From: a virus
Lineage: Duplodnaviria; Caudoviricetes
Length of the DNA: 64,000 nucleotides
Reading direction: 5' to 3' (one strand)
IMG/VR virus record: IMGVR_UViG_3300031555_001469
The notes beneath the pieces were generated by a model, which worked only from the letters and a program-made list of their open reading frames with translations, was not told the DNA's origin and ran no database searches. This document shows, piece by piece, positions 49,838 to 59,397 of this stretch. Position 1 is the first letter of the stretch, and the number at the start of each line of letters is the position of its first letter. Position numbers and translations under genes: made by a program.

Positions 49838-51658
49838 ATGTATCCTGGTTCTAAATTTGAAATTGTAGATCAGAGCTTAATCGAACAGATACCACAGCAG
49901 GAACCTATTATGAAGCCAATGTTCATGGCAGCATTTACTTCTGATAAGGGAAGTGAAGAGTATGGTGTTTATTCTGGCGATGATTTCTTTAAACAGTTCG
50001 GAACTGATATTAAGTTTGCTAACCATGGTCAGCCTTTACTTCAGGCAGCTATGGCAATTAAAGCAGGCGCTAGATTATACTGTAAGCGTATGGTAGCAGA
50101 TGATGCTACTTTAGCTAACCTTATTCTCGCTGCAACTGTAACTAAGACAAATACACAGAAGACAGATGCTGCTGGTAACTTAGTTTACGTTACTACAAGT
50201 GGCGAAGAAACTACGGAAGCAGAAGGAAATACAGCAGTTATGCTTTCCGGAGCTGCTATTTCTTATAGCATGACTAGTATACCTAGCATCAAGTCTATAA
50301 GTGAAGCAAAGGCTCAGGCTACTGCATTATATACTTCTAAAGAAAATTCTTGGACTTTCCCTATCGCAGTATTTACTGATAACGGTAGAGGTGTTTCCAA
50401 GAAGAGAATTCGTATCGAAGCAGATTATGCTAACAGCAAGTCTGTTGATTACTGCAGATATACTCTGTATGTAATGGAGGGCAATAGTGTCCTCGAACCT
50501 ATCGGATTTACTTTTAATCCTGATATTGTTTATGACGGTGCAAACACATCTCTTGGTAGTGTTGTAGAAACTAAGTCTGGTCAGATTAAGGCAGACGTGT
50601 TCGATGCTTATATTCTTGAGATGTATGACAAAGTTGCAGAATTAGCTGGTCTTGAAACTGACTATCTGCTTCTTCAGGATATGGTATTTGGTAAGACAAA
50701 GAATGGTACTGTAATCAATACAATTACAGTTACTGATGATATTGATCTTGCTGCGACCTATGGTTTTACCTTTGCTAATGGTACCAATGGTTCCTTTGGC
50801 ACAGCACCTATTAACTCCCCTCAGTATGGTTCTATCTTAGCTAGAGCTTTTGATGGTTCCTTATCTACTGAGATTTACGATCTTGATAATCTCAAGATGT
50901 ATGCTATCGTAGATGCTAACTACCCAGCTGAAGTTAAGAGACAGATTGAGAAGTTAGTTGAATTCAGACAGGATACTTTCTATTTCAGAGATCTTGGTAC
51001 TGGTTTAACAACTCTTACTGACATTCTCGAAGCAGATGGATTTGGTTCTAAGAGCATGTTTAGTGGTTCTTACCACAACAGTTACGACATTATTGATCCA
51101 TTTACTAAGAAGCAGATCACAGTAACAGTAGGTTACCATATTGCTCAGCTTCTTGTAGATCATATCAATAATGGTGTAAGTAGACCATTTGCTGGTCTTC
51201 TTTACGGTGTTACATTCCCTGATATTATTGATGGTACTATCAACTTCATTCCTACTATTACCCCAGCTGGTAACCAGAAGGAAAAGTTAGATGATGCTAG
51301 AATCAACTATATTGGTTACTATGATGGAACACCTGTTATGGAAACAACTTATACATCTTATGAAAAGTACTCCACTTTATCTTTCCTTCACAACGTAATG
51401 AATATTCAGGAACTCATTAGAGCTATCCGTTCTAAGTGCCCTAAGATTCGTTATCAGTTCAGTGAAGCTGAAGATCTTGCTAAGTACCAGGAAGATGTAC
51501 AGTCTGTAATCGATAAGTTTGTTACGAACTTTGCTGAAGTTACTCTTGAGTATTACGCTGATGAACGCTATGAAGCCAATAATATCTACTATGCAGGTCT
51601 TAATGTGCGTACTAAGAAGTTCATCCAGTCTGAATACTTCAAGGTAATTGTATTATAA
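49838..51658 (+). CDS. Tail sheath protein
   Basis: MYPG start; FTSDKG; D..RINYI, LS.LHNVM..Q..IR C-terminal sheath pattern; AACA-N6-TA at 49769. Confidence 0.8.
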   Translation: MYPGSKFEIVDQSLIEQIPQQEPIMKPMFMAAFTSDKGSEEYGVYSGDDFFKQFGTDIKFANHGQPLLQAAMAIKAGARLYCKRMVADDATLANLILAATVTKTNTQKTDAAGNLVYVTTSGEETTEAEGNTAVMLSGAAISYSMTSIPSIKSISEAKAQATALYTSKENSWTFPIAVFTDNGRGVSKKRIRIEADYANSKSVDYCRYTLYVMEGNSVLEPIGFTFNPDIVYDGANTSLGSVVETKSGQIKADVFDAYILEMYDKVAELAGLETDYLLLQDMVFGKTKNGTVINTITVTDDIDLAATYGFTFANGTNGSFGTAPINSPQYGSILARAFDGSLSTEIYDLDNLKMYAIVDANYPAEVKRQIEKLVEFRQDTFYFRDLGTGLTTLTDILEADGFGSKSMFSGSYHNSYDIIDPFTKKQITVTVGYHIAQLLVDHINNGVSRPFAGLLYGVTFPDIIDGTINFIPTITPAGNQKEKLDDARINYIGYYDGTPVMETTYTSYEKYSTLSFLHNVMNIQELIRAIRSKCPKIRYQFSEAEDLAKYQEDVQSVIDKFVTNFAEVTLEYYADERYEANNIYYAGLNVRTKKFIQSEYFKVIVL

Positions 51659-51676
51659 TAAAGGAGGTAGAATTAT

Positions 51677-52495
51677 ATGTTTGAGCATTTGGCACAGCCT
51701 CGTGATATTACCTCTAAAACACTTATGAGAGGTACAGCAGACTTTGGTAACTTAAATCAGTGGCACTTATATGAAAGCGGTTATTCCGTTCTCGTAGTAT
51801 GTAAGATCCCTAAGATTTTAGAGTTACTTGCAACTAGCAATGAAAAGTATAAGATCCTGATTAATAACTATAAGCATATTCTTGAATATGAATTTAGAGG
51901 TATTACAGGTCTTGAAGATATGACAGCTGAAACCGGTGAAATCACCGATGGTATCAATCAGCTTCAGATCATTAATAAGGTTACAATGCAGTCCGGAAGT
52001 ACATTTGAAATGAGATACTGGGAAAAAGCTGGTTCTACTATTACAAGAGTACACGAACTGTATTTGAGAAGTATCAAAGACCCAAGAACTCAGATTAAAC
52101 ACTACGGTGGATTAATCGAAAAGGGCTTGGTGGACTTAGACGATATCGGATATGATCTTGAAACTTTCTCCTTATTGTATTACGTAACAGATAATACAAT
52201 GAGAAAGGTAGAAAAGGCATACTTCATCGTTGCTGCACAGCCTAACAAGGCGGAACTTTCTATCTATGAATCTGAAAAAGGTAGTATCGAATTCAAGGAA
52301 GTCGGCGTAAGCATGAATGGATTCCCTATTACTGGTAATGCAATAGATCAGAAGGCTCAGGAACACCTTGACTGGTTACACAATGCTAGCAATCCAAATA
52401 AGCTTATAGCTGACTCTACAGAGTTCAACTATACTGGTATTAGCGAAATCGGTGCTAAGATTAACGCTGAAAAGAACGCTGCTGGTGTAGAGTAA
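51677..52495 (+). CDS. Tail tube protein
   Basis: 272 aa directly after the sheath; beta-rich; followed by terminator. Confidence 0.65.
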   Translation: MFEHLAQPRDITSKTLMRGTADFGNLNQWHLYESGYSVLVVCKIPKILELLATSNEKYKILINNYKHILEYEFRGITGLEDMTAETGEITDGINQLQIINKVTMQSGSTFEMRYWEKAGSTITRVHELYLRSIKDPRTQIKHYGGLIEKGLVDLDDIGYDLETFSLLYYVTDNTMRKVEKAYFIVAAQPNKAELSIYESEKGSIEFKEVGVSMNGFPITGNAIDQKAQEHLDWLHNASNPNKLIADSTEFNYTGISEIGAKINAEKNAAGVE

Positions 52496-52501
52496 TAAAA
52501 G

Positions 52502-52528
52502 ACCCCTTAGGCTAATTGCCTAAGGGGT
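52502..52528. terminator. Bidirectional terminator
   Basis: ACCCCTTAGGC-TAATT-GCCTAAGGGGT between convergent genes. Confidence 0.75.
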
Positions 52529-52537
52529 TGATTTTGT

Positions 52538-54808
52538 TTATTCTTCACCATTACCTGATTTGATTGATAATCTTGTAGCTTCCTGTTTAGACTCTTCAAT
52601 GATTCTATCAATTACACCCATATTAAAATATGAGCTCATATAATAAATCTTGAGTTTCTTATTAGCTATAAGCTTTACATTCTCATCAGGTTCATCAGCT
52701 AATACAATATTAGAAATCGCTTCAACGAATTCATTTGTATTAGTAATAATCTGATTGGTATTTGTAATATTAAGGAACAAAGGTGGCTGTAAGGTTACAT
52801 TGATATTAGAGTTTGAATTGTACTCAATATTGTAAATCTTACTGATGAGAGGATTTAATAAATCTTCATATCTACTTTGTCTATTATATACCTTTCTTAA
52901 GAACTTACTGTTTGTCATAGTAAGCTGTACAGCATAATCAATAGATTGTCTAGCCTGAATTAATTCAATAGGGATATCAGTTGAGTTGATTGCCATCTCT
53001 TCTAATTCTCTTAAGAACTCAGGTTTAGTATCTATCTGCTGACCCTGCATAACTTCGAACTGCACTGGACTTTCACCAGATGCATTTACTGGAATTACAT
53101 AGTCATTAAATCTACCAACCATATTAAGCATAGTATTAATAGACTGAACCTGTCTAACTCCGAAGTTACCTTTCTTGATCTGCTCAATTGTATTAAGCAG
53201 AGTCTTAGAAATGTTTGTTTCGACCTGCTGCTTTACATAGTACACTCTCTTATCCTGTCCTCTAGTCATCTGTGCGATTGCTAAAGTAAGATATAAAGAT
53301 ACATAAAGAATAGCAGGAATAAATGCTTTCTCTAAATCAGATACACCATGATGTGTTTTCTTATCCTTCTTCCAGTAGATATGAGTCATATCTTCAGGAG
53401 GAATAAAAGAAACTCTAAGAGGCTGACCTGAATTATAGAGATCGTTGTATTTAAGAATCATATAAATCTCTTTAGACATATCCTGATTCATATTAATAAA
53501 TTTGCTATCGATAAACTGGGACATACTACTTGCAACATGTTTGAGTAAGTTATCCTGTTTACTAGTTTCTACATCAGCAGAAACCATGGTATTAGTAGAA
53601 CCTGTCATTCCAGGAATGCTACTAGTTGTACCCTTAGCCATTGTAGAGTTTACTGGATCTCTAGGATCTTTTTCAGCAAACTCAAAATAATAATATCCTA
53701 AACAAAGATCTTCAATATAGATAGGAACTACATGAGATCTTTCTAAAGTTTTAATTACACATCCTCTAGTAATTAATTTGATCTTTGGATCTTTTTCTCT
53801 AGCAGATGTATTAACTAAACCGTCAGAGCTAGTATCATCAAATCCGTTGAAATCTAACTCATCATCAATCGTCTTATCAAACGATTTCTTATTTCTCTTC
53901 TCTGGTTCTAAATCCTCTTCCCCCATAGATTCTTGGAAAGATCTATATACAGAAGATTCCATAATAGAAGCCATTTTAGAATTTACTGTTTTTGTTTCAT
54001 ACACAGCATCTTCAATAATACCAGAAAAGTTCAACTCTAACTTAATCTCTGGTATTTTGGTATCTCCAAAGTTTTCCTTTGGTTTACCCATTTTAAAAAC
54101 ATCTCCAGACTCAGTTACAATCTGTGCATGTTCCTGCCTAACGTAAGCGGTCTGAGAAGTATTTGCTTTGTTTTTAAGCAATTTTTCTAATGCTTTAGTA
54201 TATGGCACACAGTATACGAACTGTTCACCATACTTACTTGCAGAATCGTACCAAGTCTCAATTTTTTCTTCTAATTGATACTTGTTTTTCATTTCAATAA
54301 TTCTTGTAAAGAATGTAGCTTCATCAGTAGTACTGTTTCCCAAATCTTTAATATTAAGAAATTCTTTAGAGAAATGATCCGCAGATAATACATTGTCTTT
54401 TCTTGTATCAAGAGCTTCAACAAGTTTAGGCATGTATTTACAAATGGTATCAATCTCTCTATCCAATTCAACTAAAGATTGATTCTGAAATACTACTTCT
54501 GTTAACTGGCTCATTAAATCTTCATTTTCAAATAGCTCTCCCATCTTCTTGCTTGTCTGAGGATCTTTAGAGAGTTCAAGAATTTTACTGTATAATGAAG
54601 ATATATTTGGCATTCCGGTATTCAGAGTATTATTGGCTGTTATATTGGAGATAGATCTATTAATATCATTCTTGATATTTTCTAAATCTCTCCGGTTCTT
54701 TGGAGACGCATAATATGTGCTAGTATAGAGTGAATCTAAACTAGTTCTTATCGCTTTACCTAAAGAATTTATAATATTGCTATTATTTTTCTTTTCTTTT
54801 TCTGCCAT
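52538..54808 (-). CDS. Portal protein (T4 gp20-like)
   Basis: GVSDLEKA, QMTRGQDKRVYYV, DYVIPV...FEVMQGQ; AACA-N6-TA at 54835-54846 on minus strand. Confidence 0.7.
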   Translation of the reverse strand: MAEKEKKNNSNIINSLGKAIRTSLDSLYTSTYYASPKNRRDLENIKNDINRSISNITANNTLNTGMPNISSLYSKILELSKDPQTSKKMGELFENEDLMSQLTEVVFQNQSLVELDREIDTICKYMPKLVEALDTRKDNVLSADHFSKEFLNIKDLGNSTTDEATFFTRIIEMKNKYQLEEKIETWYDSASKYGEQFVYCVPYTKALEKLLKNKANTSQTAYVRQEHAQIVTESGDVFKMGKPKENFGDTKIPEIKLELNFSGIIEDAVYETKTVNSKMASIMESSVYRSFQESMGEEDLEPEKRNKKSFDKTIDDELDFNGFDDTSSDGLVNTSAREKDPKIKLITRGCVIKTLERSHVVPIYIEDLCLGYYYFEFAEKDPRDPVNSTMAKGTTSSIPGMTGSTNTMVSADVETSKQDNLLKHVASSMSQFIDSKFINMNQDMSKEIYMILKYNDLYNSGQPLRVSFIPPEDMTHIYWKKDKKTHHGVSDLEKAFIPAILYVSLYLTLAIAQMTRGQDKRVYYVKQQVETNISKTLLNTIEQIKKGNFGVRQVQSINTMLNMVGRFNDYVIPVNASGESPVQFEVMQGQQIDTKPEFLRELEEMAINSTDIPIELIQARQSIDYAVQLTMTNSKFLRKVYNRQSRYEDLLNPLISKIYNIEYNSNSNINVTLQPPLFLNITNTNQIITNTNEFVEAISNIVLADEPDENVKLIANKKLKIYYMSSYFNMGVIDRIIEESKQEATRLSIKSGNGEE

Positions 54809-54897
54809 TTATTAATCAACTCCTTTCGTTAATTTACTTGGATGTTAAGGTTTTTAAACAATAGAGGGAGGAGTAGGTATTATCCTACTCCTCCGAT

Positions 54898-55506
54898 TTA
54901 TAACGTTAAGAATTTAATATATACCTCAATAAAGATTTTCTTTTTCTTTACTATTGTAAATCTAGATATGAAGTATCCGATACTATCATAAACAGACAAT
55001 AGTAAATCATCAGACTTTGTTACTGATAAGACATTTGATGGTATATACATTTTGTGTCTTTCGTCAACCTGTACACCAATAGCTCCATCAGCAGCCTTAG
55101 AGGATAAGAATGCTTCAATGAAGTCTAATCCTCTTAGGCTACCAAAGTTTACAGATGACATGTCTACATGATATTTCAACTCCAAGTACTTATTATAAAT
55201 CTGTCTTGTAGTGAAATTTGATGGTACATATTCGCACTCAGACATTTTAGCATAGATTCTATTATTATCAAATATAATTTCATCCGTTGGTAACAATGTT
55301 TTTCTAAATGCTATAACTGCTGTATACGATGCTGTAAATGTAAGCTCTGGATATATAAAATTCTCAGAAGCATTTACAACTTTAATCATACATAATCTTG
55401 CATCATAACCCATTACAACACCATCATAGTATGCAATGAAGTCAGAACGAACCATTTTCATATATTCGATCAATTTATCAAACTGATCTATACTAATTTT
55501 CGTCAT
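54898..55506 (-). CDS. Hypothetical protein coupled to the DNA polymerase exonuclease part
   Basis: 202 aa; overlaps the stop of 55493..57424. Confidence 0.6.
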   Translation of the reverse strand: MTKISIDQFDKLIEYMKMVRSDFIAYYDGVVMGYDARLCMIKVVNASENFIYPELTFTASYTAVIAFRKTLLPTDEIIFDNNRIYAKMSECEYVPSNFTTRQIYNKYLELKYHVDMSSVNFGSLRGLDFIEAFLSSKAADGAIGVQVDERHKMYIPSNVLSVTKSDDLLLSVYDSIGYFISRFTIVKKKKIFIEVYIKFLTL

Positions 55507-57424
55507 TATAAAATACCTCCATTACTTCTTTTATTAATGGTGTTTTATAAGATATAATAGGTCTTCTTGTTTTTTCTATACTAATAGGCTTAATCCCTCC
55601 AAGTTCTGGATTAATCTTTCTAATAGGACAGAAAGATCCATCTTCATTAAAGAACTTAGGAGTTCTACAACTATTAGCAACAGTGTTAAAGTATTCAATT
55701 ATATCATCATAAAGGTCTTCATATCCACCAAGATGTAACCATCTCTCTGCAAATTCTAAATATACATGAGATTGTAAATCTTCCATGAACTGACCTTCTC
55801 TAGAATACTTTTCATCCTTTCTTCTATTTTCACCTTCATAGACTTTTTGTGGGAAAATTACTTTACCTATCTGAGTATTAGGAGCAATATTAAACTCCTG
55901 TAAAATACTTGGATACAGTCGAGCATAGTCAAAGTCATCAAGGTTATCGAATAACATAACTGGAACACCATTGATTTTCATCTTTGGTATATCAGATATA
56001 TTAAGAGGATCTGCTACGAAAGCACCAGGATACTTTTCGGTTGGTTTAGGATTTCCCCTATTAGTATTATTACCAATAATATATCCCTGCTCGTAGAATT
56101 CAATCATACCTCTATTCGCTAAATAAACTGTCTGTCTATGACATTTTGCATATCTAGTACAGTTTGTTATACATTTATTAAATACATAATCTATATCACC
56201 AGCCTTAACTTCAATACACTTCTGTACAATTGTATCGACAATGTTGTACATTACAAATGTCTTATAATCTAAGTATGGTAATTTAGCTAATTCAGTAGTG
56301 ATATGAGAATAGTCTAATTTCTTAGCTCCTGCTATAACGCCACCGATATAATTTAAACTAAATGATGTGAATGCAGATTGCCCTTTTCTTCTTGAAGCAA
56401 ACTGAATCATCTGGTCTAAGTATACAGAATAAGAAGATACTTTACAGAAATCTCCTCGTTCAGCAAACTCATTCTTGTGTAATTCATCAACGAAGTATTC
56501 GCATACCTTTCTATCGAAATCCGGATGACAAATTATATCTACAGGATTATATCCTAACTTCTTAATTCTAGCAATAATGTATGGCATATCGAACGCCATG
56601 TTCCATGCTAAAACAAAGTCTGGCTTAATTGTATTAATCATAATAAACAAATCCTGAATCAATTTGATTTCATCTTGCTCATTATAAAAATACATATTAA
56701 ATTTATAATCAGATACACCCAATCTTTTAGCTTGTTTGTAACCACCAACAGTTTTGTTGATAAGTTCCTGAAGCTCTTTGAAGAATGTGCCATTAACACT
56801 CTGCTCAAATTCTTTAATAAGAGGATTCTTATCATTTCTTAAAAGCAAAGTATGAATCTCATTTCTAGCATCATCAATCAATGTAATCGCGTTAATTGGA
56901 GCTTCACCTGGCTCAGGGAAGTCTCCTACAATATCAATTACATCGGCTTCTATATCGAAATATGCTTTTGTTACAGGTACGTTTCTATTCTGATACATCT
57001 GAGAGAATCTAAATCTAATATGATCTTCAATATGTGTATCAGAGTTAAACACATCTACGTGTTCATGAAGAATTCTATTTTCTCTTCTATTTCCATTCTT
57101 TATATTATCAAAGTAGAAATTAAGATTACCGGTTCTTTCTGCAATATCTTTTTCTAATTCGATATATGGTACTTCAATTCTTTCAGCATCTTCTTTCTTT
57201 ATGAAGAGCCGATTATGTTCTTGACTTTTACCCTCTTTAGCCATATAGTATACATATGTAGGGTTTTCAATTTCAGTCATAACTTTCTTATTATTTACAT
57301 TGTCTTTGGCTACGATTGTTATAGCCCCCGAATCCCACCTTCCTGTGGATTCATTCTTTCTAGGATAATGATATATTGTATTAAGTATAGTAATGTCACT
57401 TCCCTGTTCATATCCTGGTATCAT
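55493..57424 (-). CDS. Family B DNA polymerase, N-terminal 3'-5' exonuclease plus motif A part (split enzyme)
   Basis: ExoI YFDIEAD, ExoII AWNMAFDMPYI, ExoIII YNIVD, YPGAFV, motif A DFDYARLYPSI. Confidence 0.85.
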   Translation of the reverse strand: MIPGYEQGSDITILNTIYHYPRKNESTGRWDSGAITIVAKDNVNNKKVMTEIENPTYVYYMAKEGKSQEHNRLFIKKEDAERIEVPYIELEKDIAERTGNLNFYFDNIKNGNRRENRILHEHVDVFNSDTHIEDHIRFRFSQMYQNRNVPVTKAYFDIEADVIDIVGDFPEPGEAPINAITLIDDARNEIHTLLLRNDKNPLIKEFEQSVNGTFFKELQELINKTVGGYKQAKRLGVSDYKFNMYFYNEQDEIKLIQDLFIMINTIKPDFVLAWNMAFDMPYIIARIKKLGYNPVDIICHPDFDRKVCEYFVDELHKNEFAERGDFCKVSSYSVYLDQMIQFASRRKGQSAFTSFSLNYIGGVIAGAKKLDYSHITTELAKLPYLDYKTFVMYNIVDTIVQKCIEVKAGDIDYVFNKCITNCTRYAKCHRQTVYLANRGMIEFYEQGYIIGNNTNRGNPKPTEKYPGAFVADPLNISDIPKMKINGVPVMLFDNLDDFDYARLYPSILQEFNIAPNTQIGKVIFPQKVYEGENRRKDEKYSREGQFMEDLQSHVYLEFAERWLHLGGYEDLYDDIIEYFNTVANSCRTPKFFNEDGSFCPIRKINPELGGIKPISIEKTRRPIISYKTPLIKEVMEVFYNDEN

Positions 57425-57443
57425 GGTTATACCTCCTAAACTG

Positions 57444-57462
57444 CCCTAAATAGGCACAATTA
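57444..57462 (-). promoter_or_regulatory. Candidate translational operator hairpin upstream of DNA polymerase part 2
   Basis: Minus strand TAATT-GTG-CCTATTTAGGG between AACA-N6-TA (57467-57478) and AGGAGG. Confidence 0.55.
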
Positions 57463-57597
57463 TATTTATTTAAATGTTTTTGATATAATATTTTTCAACA
57501 TATAAGTAAGGATGTGGTTATAAATAAATTTCATGTTTTTCTCCTTATTATATAAAACCCCGTAGAGAATAATTCTCTACGGGGGATAGATTGTTAA

Positions 57598-57671
57598 TGG
57601 ACCTTCGGGGACTCGAACCCAGGGCCACCGAGTTATGAGCTCGGCGCTCTAACCAACTGAGCTAAAGGTCC
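57598..57671 (-). tRNA. tRNA with CAT anticodon, most likely tRNA-Ile2 (lysidine, reads AUA); CCA not encoded
   Basis: GGACCTT acceptor, TAGCTCAGTTGGTTAGAGC D-arm, CCGAG-CTCATAA-CTCGG, GGTTCGAGTCC; 5' half matches Firmicute Ile2 tRNAs as I recall them. Confidence 0.9.
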
Positions 57672-57857
57672 AGAAATATGTATATGTGAAATAATTAAAG
57701 TCTAGTCACAATATATCCCTGTTCGATATCCTACCATAAATATCGAACAGGGCTTTTAAAAGAGTAGATCTTTAATTATGGATTACTTAATAGTTATACA
57801 GTGCATAAATTATTACAAAAACATTCGAGTAAATAACAAGAAAGGAAGTGTATAATT

Positions 57858-58796
57858 ATGGTACCAATTATTACAAGTCAGACTCCTCCTAATAGTGCGG
57901 TCAAAGATGAGCCATTGGGAGTAGACTTTAGCTTCTTTTCTTCTGGTAATAAGATTGAGGTTGGAATGGATGCACCTGTTCTTGCAGAAGAAAAGAAAAA
58001 GAAAACAAAAAAGAAAGTTATGTCTGATGGAAGTGTTATGCACTCTGTCGAGACAGTAGAAGAATCAACTGGCGAGCGTTGCATTGATAGTTATAATGAA
58101 ACAAATGGAATGCTTCGTGGTTCTATTATGCAGATTGATGGATTGAACTCGGAAGTTCTTGAGCAGTTTAAAGTAGTTAAAGATTCTAGAACTTTAAAGG
58201 GTAAATATACTTATCTTACTAATCTTGCTGGCACTTCTGCAGCTCTTATGGGTAGTAAGATTTCTGCAATTAAAGAAATGAATAGCGTTATTAATAACTG
58301 TCAGCAGCTTGAATTCAAGAAAGCTAAGGAAAATAAGGCTAGTCTTATGGAACAGAACGATGATAAGAGAATGATGGATATGTACCAGGCGTTTATCAAC
58401 ACACCTATGGGAAGTGTTCCGGGTGCAGGTATGATGGTTACTCCATCTATTACAGATCTTACATTAGCTTCTAACGAATTTAATCAGTTTGATATTACAT
58501 CAACTGCTGGTTTAATTCAGGAACCACTATCTCCAGAGCAGATTAGAATGCGTATGGAAGGTAATCCAAATGTAAAAGAAGTAGTTGTATATGATGCAAA
58601 TACTGGTAATAAGTACTTTGATGTAATCGATAGTTCTACAGGTCAGTCTGTACCAAACTATCCAAGATCAGGCGACTTCTTATTAGATGATACTACAATT
58701 AATATTGCTGGTGGTGTAGCAAGAAATGCTAACATTGATAGAAACTGGCCGTTAGTTGTAATCGGAACAAATGGAGCGAACATGCTCGATTATTAA
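57858..58796 (+). CDS. Hypothetical protein
   Basis: 312-aa ORF; AACA-N6-TA at 57820. Confidence 0.65.
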   Translation: MVPIITSQTPPNSAVKDEPLGVDFSFFSSGNKIEVGMDAPVLAEEKKKKTKKKVMSDGSVMHSVETVEESTGERCIDSYNETNGMLRGSIMQIDGLNSEVLEQFKVVKDSRTLKGKYTYLTNLAGTSAALMGSKISAIKEMNSVINNCQQLEFKKAKENKASLMEQNDDKRMMDMYQAFINTPMGSVPGAGMMVTPSITDLTLASNEFNQFDITSTAGLIQEPLSPEQIRMRMEGNPNVKEVVVYDANTGNKYFDVIDSSTGQSVPNYPRSGDFLLDDTTINIAGGVARNANIDRNWPLVVIGTNGANMLDY

Positions 58797-58835
58797 AAAT
58801 ATATGGGAGGATACTAAAATAGTATCCTCCCTAAA

Positions 58836-59222
58836 TTATTCTTTTTTAATATCTGCTAAATACGGTGCAATTGCCGATGCAAAGATTACTAATAATAATG
58901 CGAAGCATGACATTGGCGCCCATTTAAATATAAATTCATTCAATGTAAAAGCAATTAGAGCAACAATACATTTAGCAGTAGCCCAAAATGGTTTTCTAGC
59001 ATTACGTCTAACTCTGTCTTCCCAGCCCTTTGGGAATGGTAATAAAATAAAGAAACAATAAGATCCCGACATTACTACTATGCCGTTCATAGGTTCATGT
59101 CTAGCAACTAGTGCTATGATAGCACAAATCACAGAAGAGGCAGATAATAGAATAGCTAACCGTTTTCTTAAAATAAACTCTCTCATATAACATTTTTGCA
59201 GTGCTTTATTAAATTCATCCAT
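58836..59222 (-). CDS. Small membrane protein (3-4 hydrophobic segments)
   Basis: Hydrophobic stretches; AAGGAGG SD. Confidence 0.6.
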   Translation of the reverse strand: MDEFNKALQKCYMREFILRKRLAILLSASSVICAIIALVARHEPMNGIVVMSGSYCFFILLPFPKGWEDRVRRNARKPFWATAKCIVALIAFTLNEFIFKWAPMSCFALLLVIFASAIAPYLADIKKE

Positions 59223-59295
59223 AATAAAACCTCCTTTTACTGATTAGTTCAGACGAAAATACAGGAATAGGGATTTCCCCCTATTCCTGTATCAT

Positions 59296-59379
59296 TTACT
59301 TAGTTCTTTTTGATAACGTTCCGTAAGTTTTCTTACGTCTAAAGATAACTTTCAACAAGTCTCTAATTGCTTCAGACAT
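59296..59379 (-). CDS. 27-aa basic peptide (MSEAIRDLLKVIFRRKKTYGTLSKRTK), not in ORF track
   Basis: GGAGGT SD; lies between sbcC stop and a terminator. Confidence 0.45.
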   Translation of the reverse strand: MSEAIRDLLKVIFRRKKTYGTLSKRTK

Positions 59380-59397
59380 GTTACACCTCCAAATAAT

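Noticed and set aside
31007-57424. Introns or inteins in RNAP, polymerase or terminase genes
   Set aside because: Conserved motifs are contiguous, and no intein termini or homing endonuclease ORFs were recognised.
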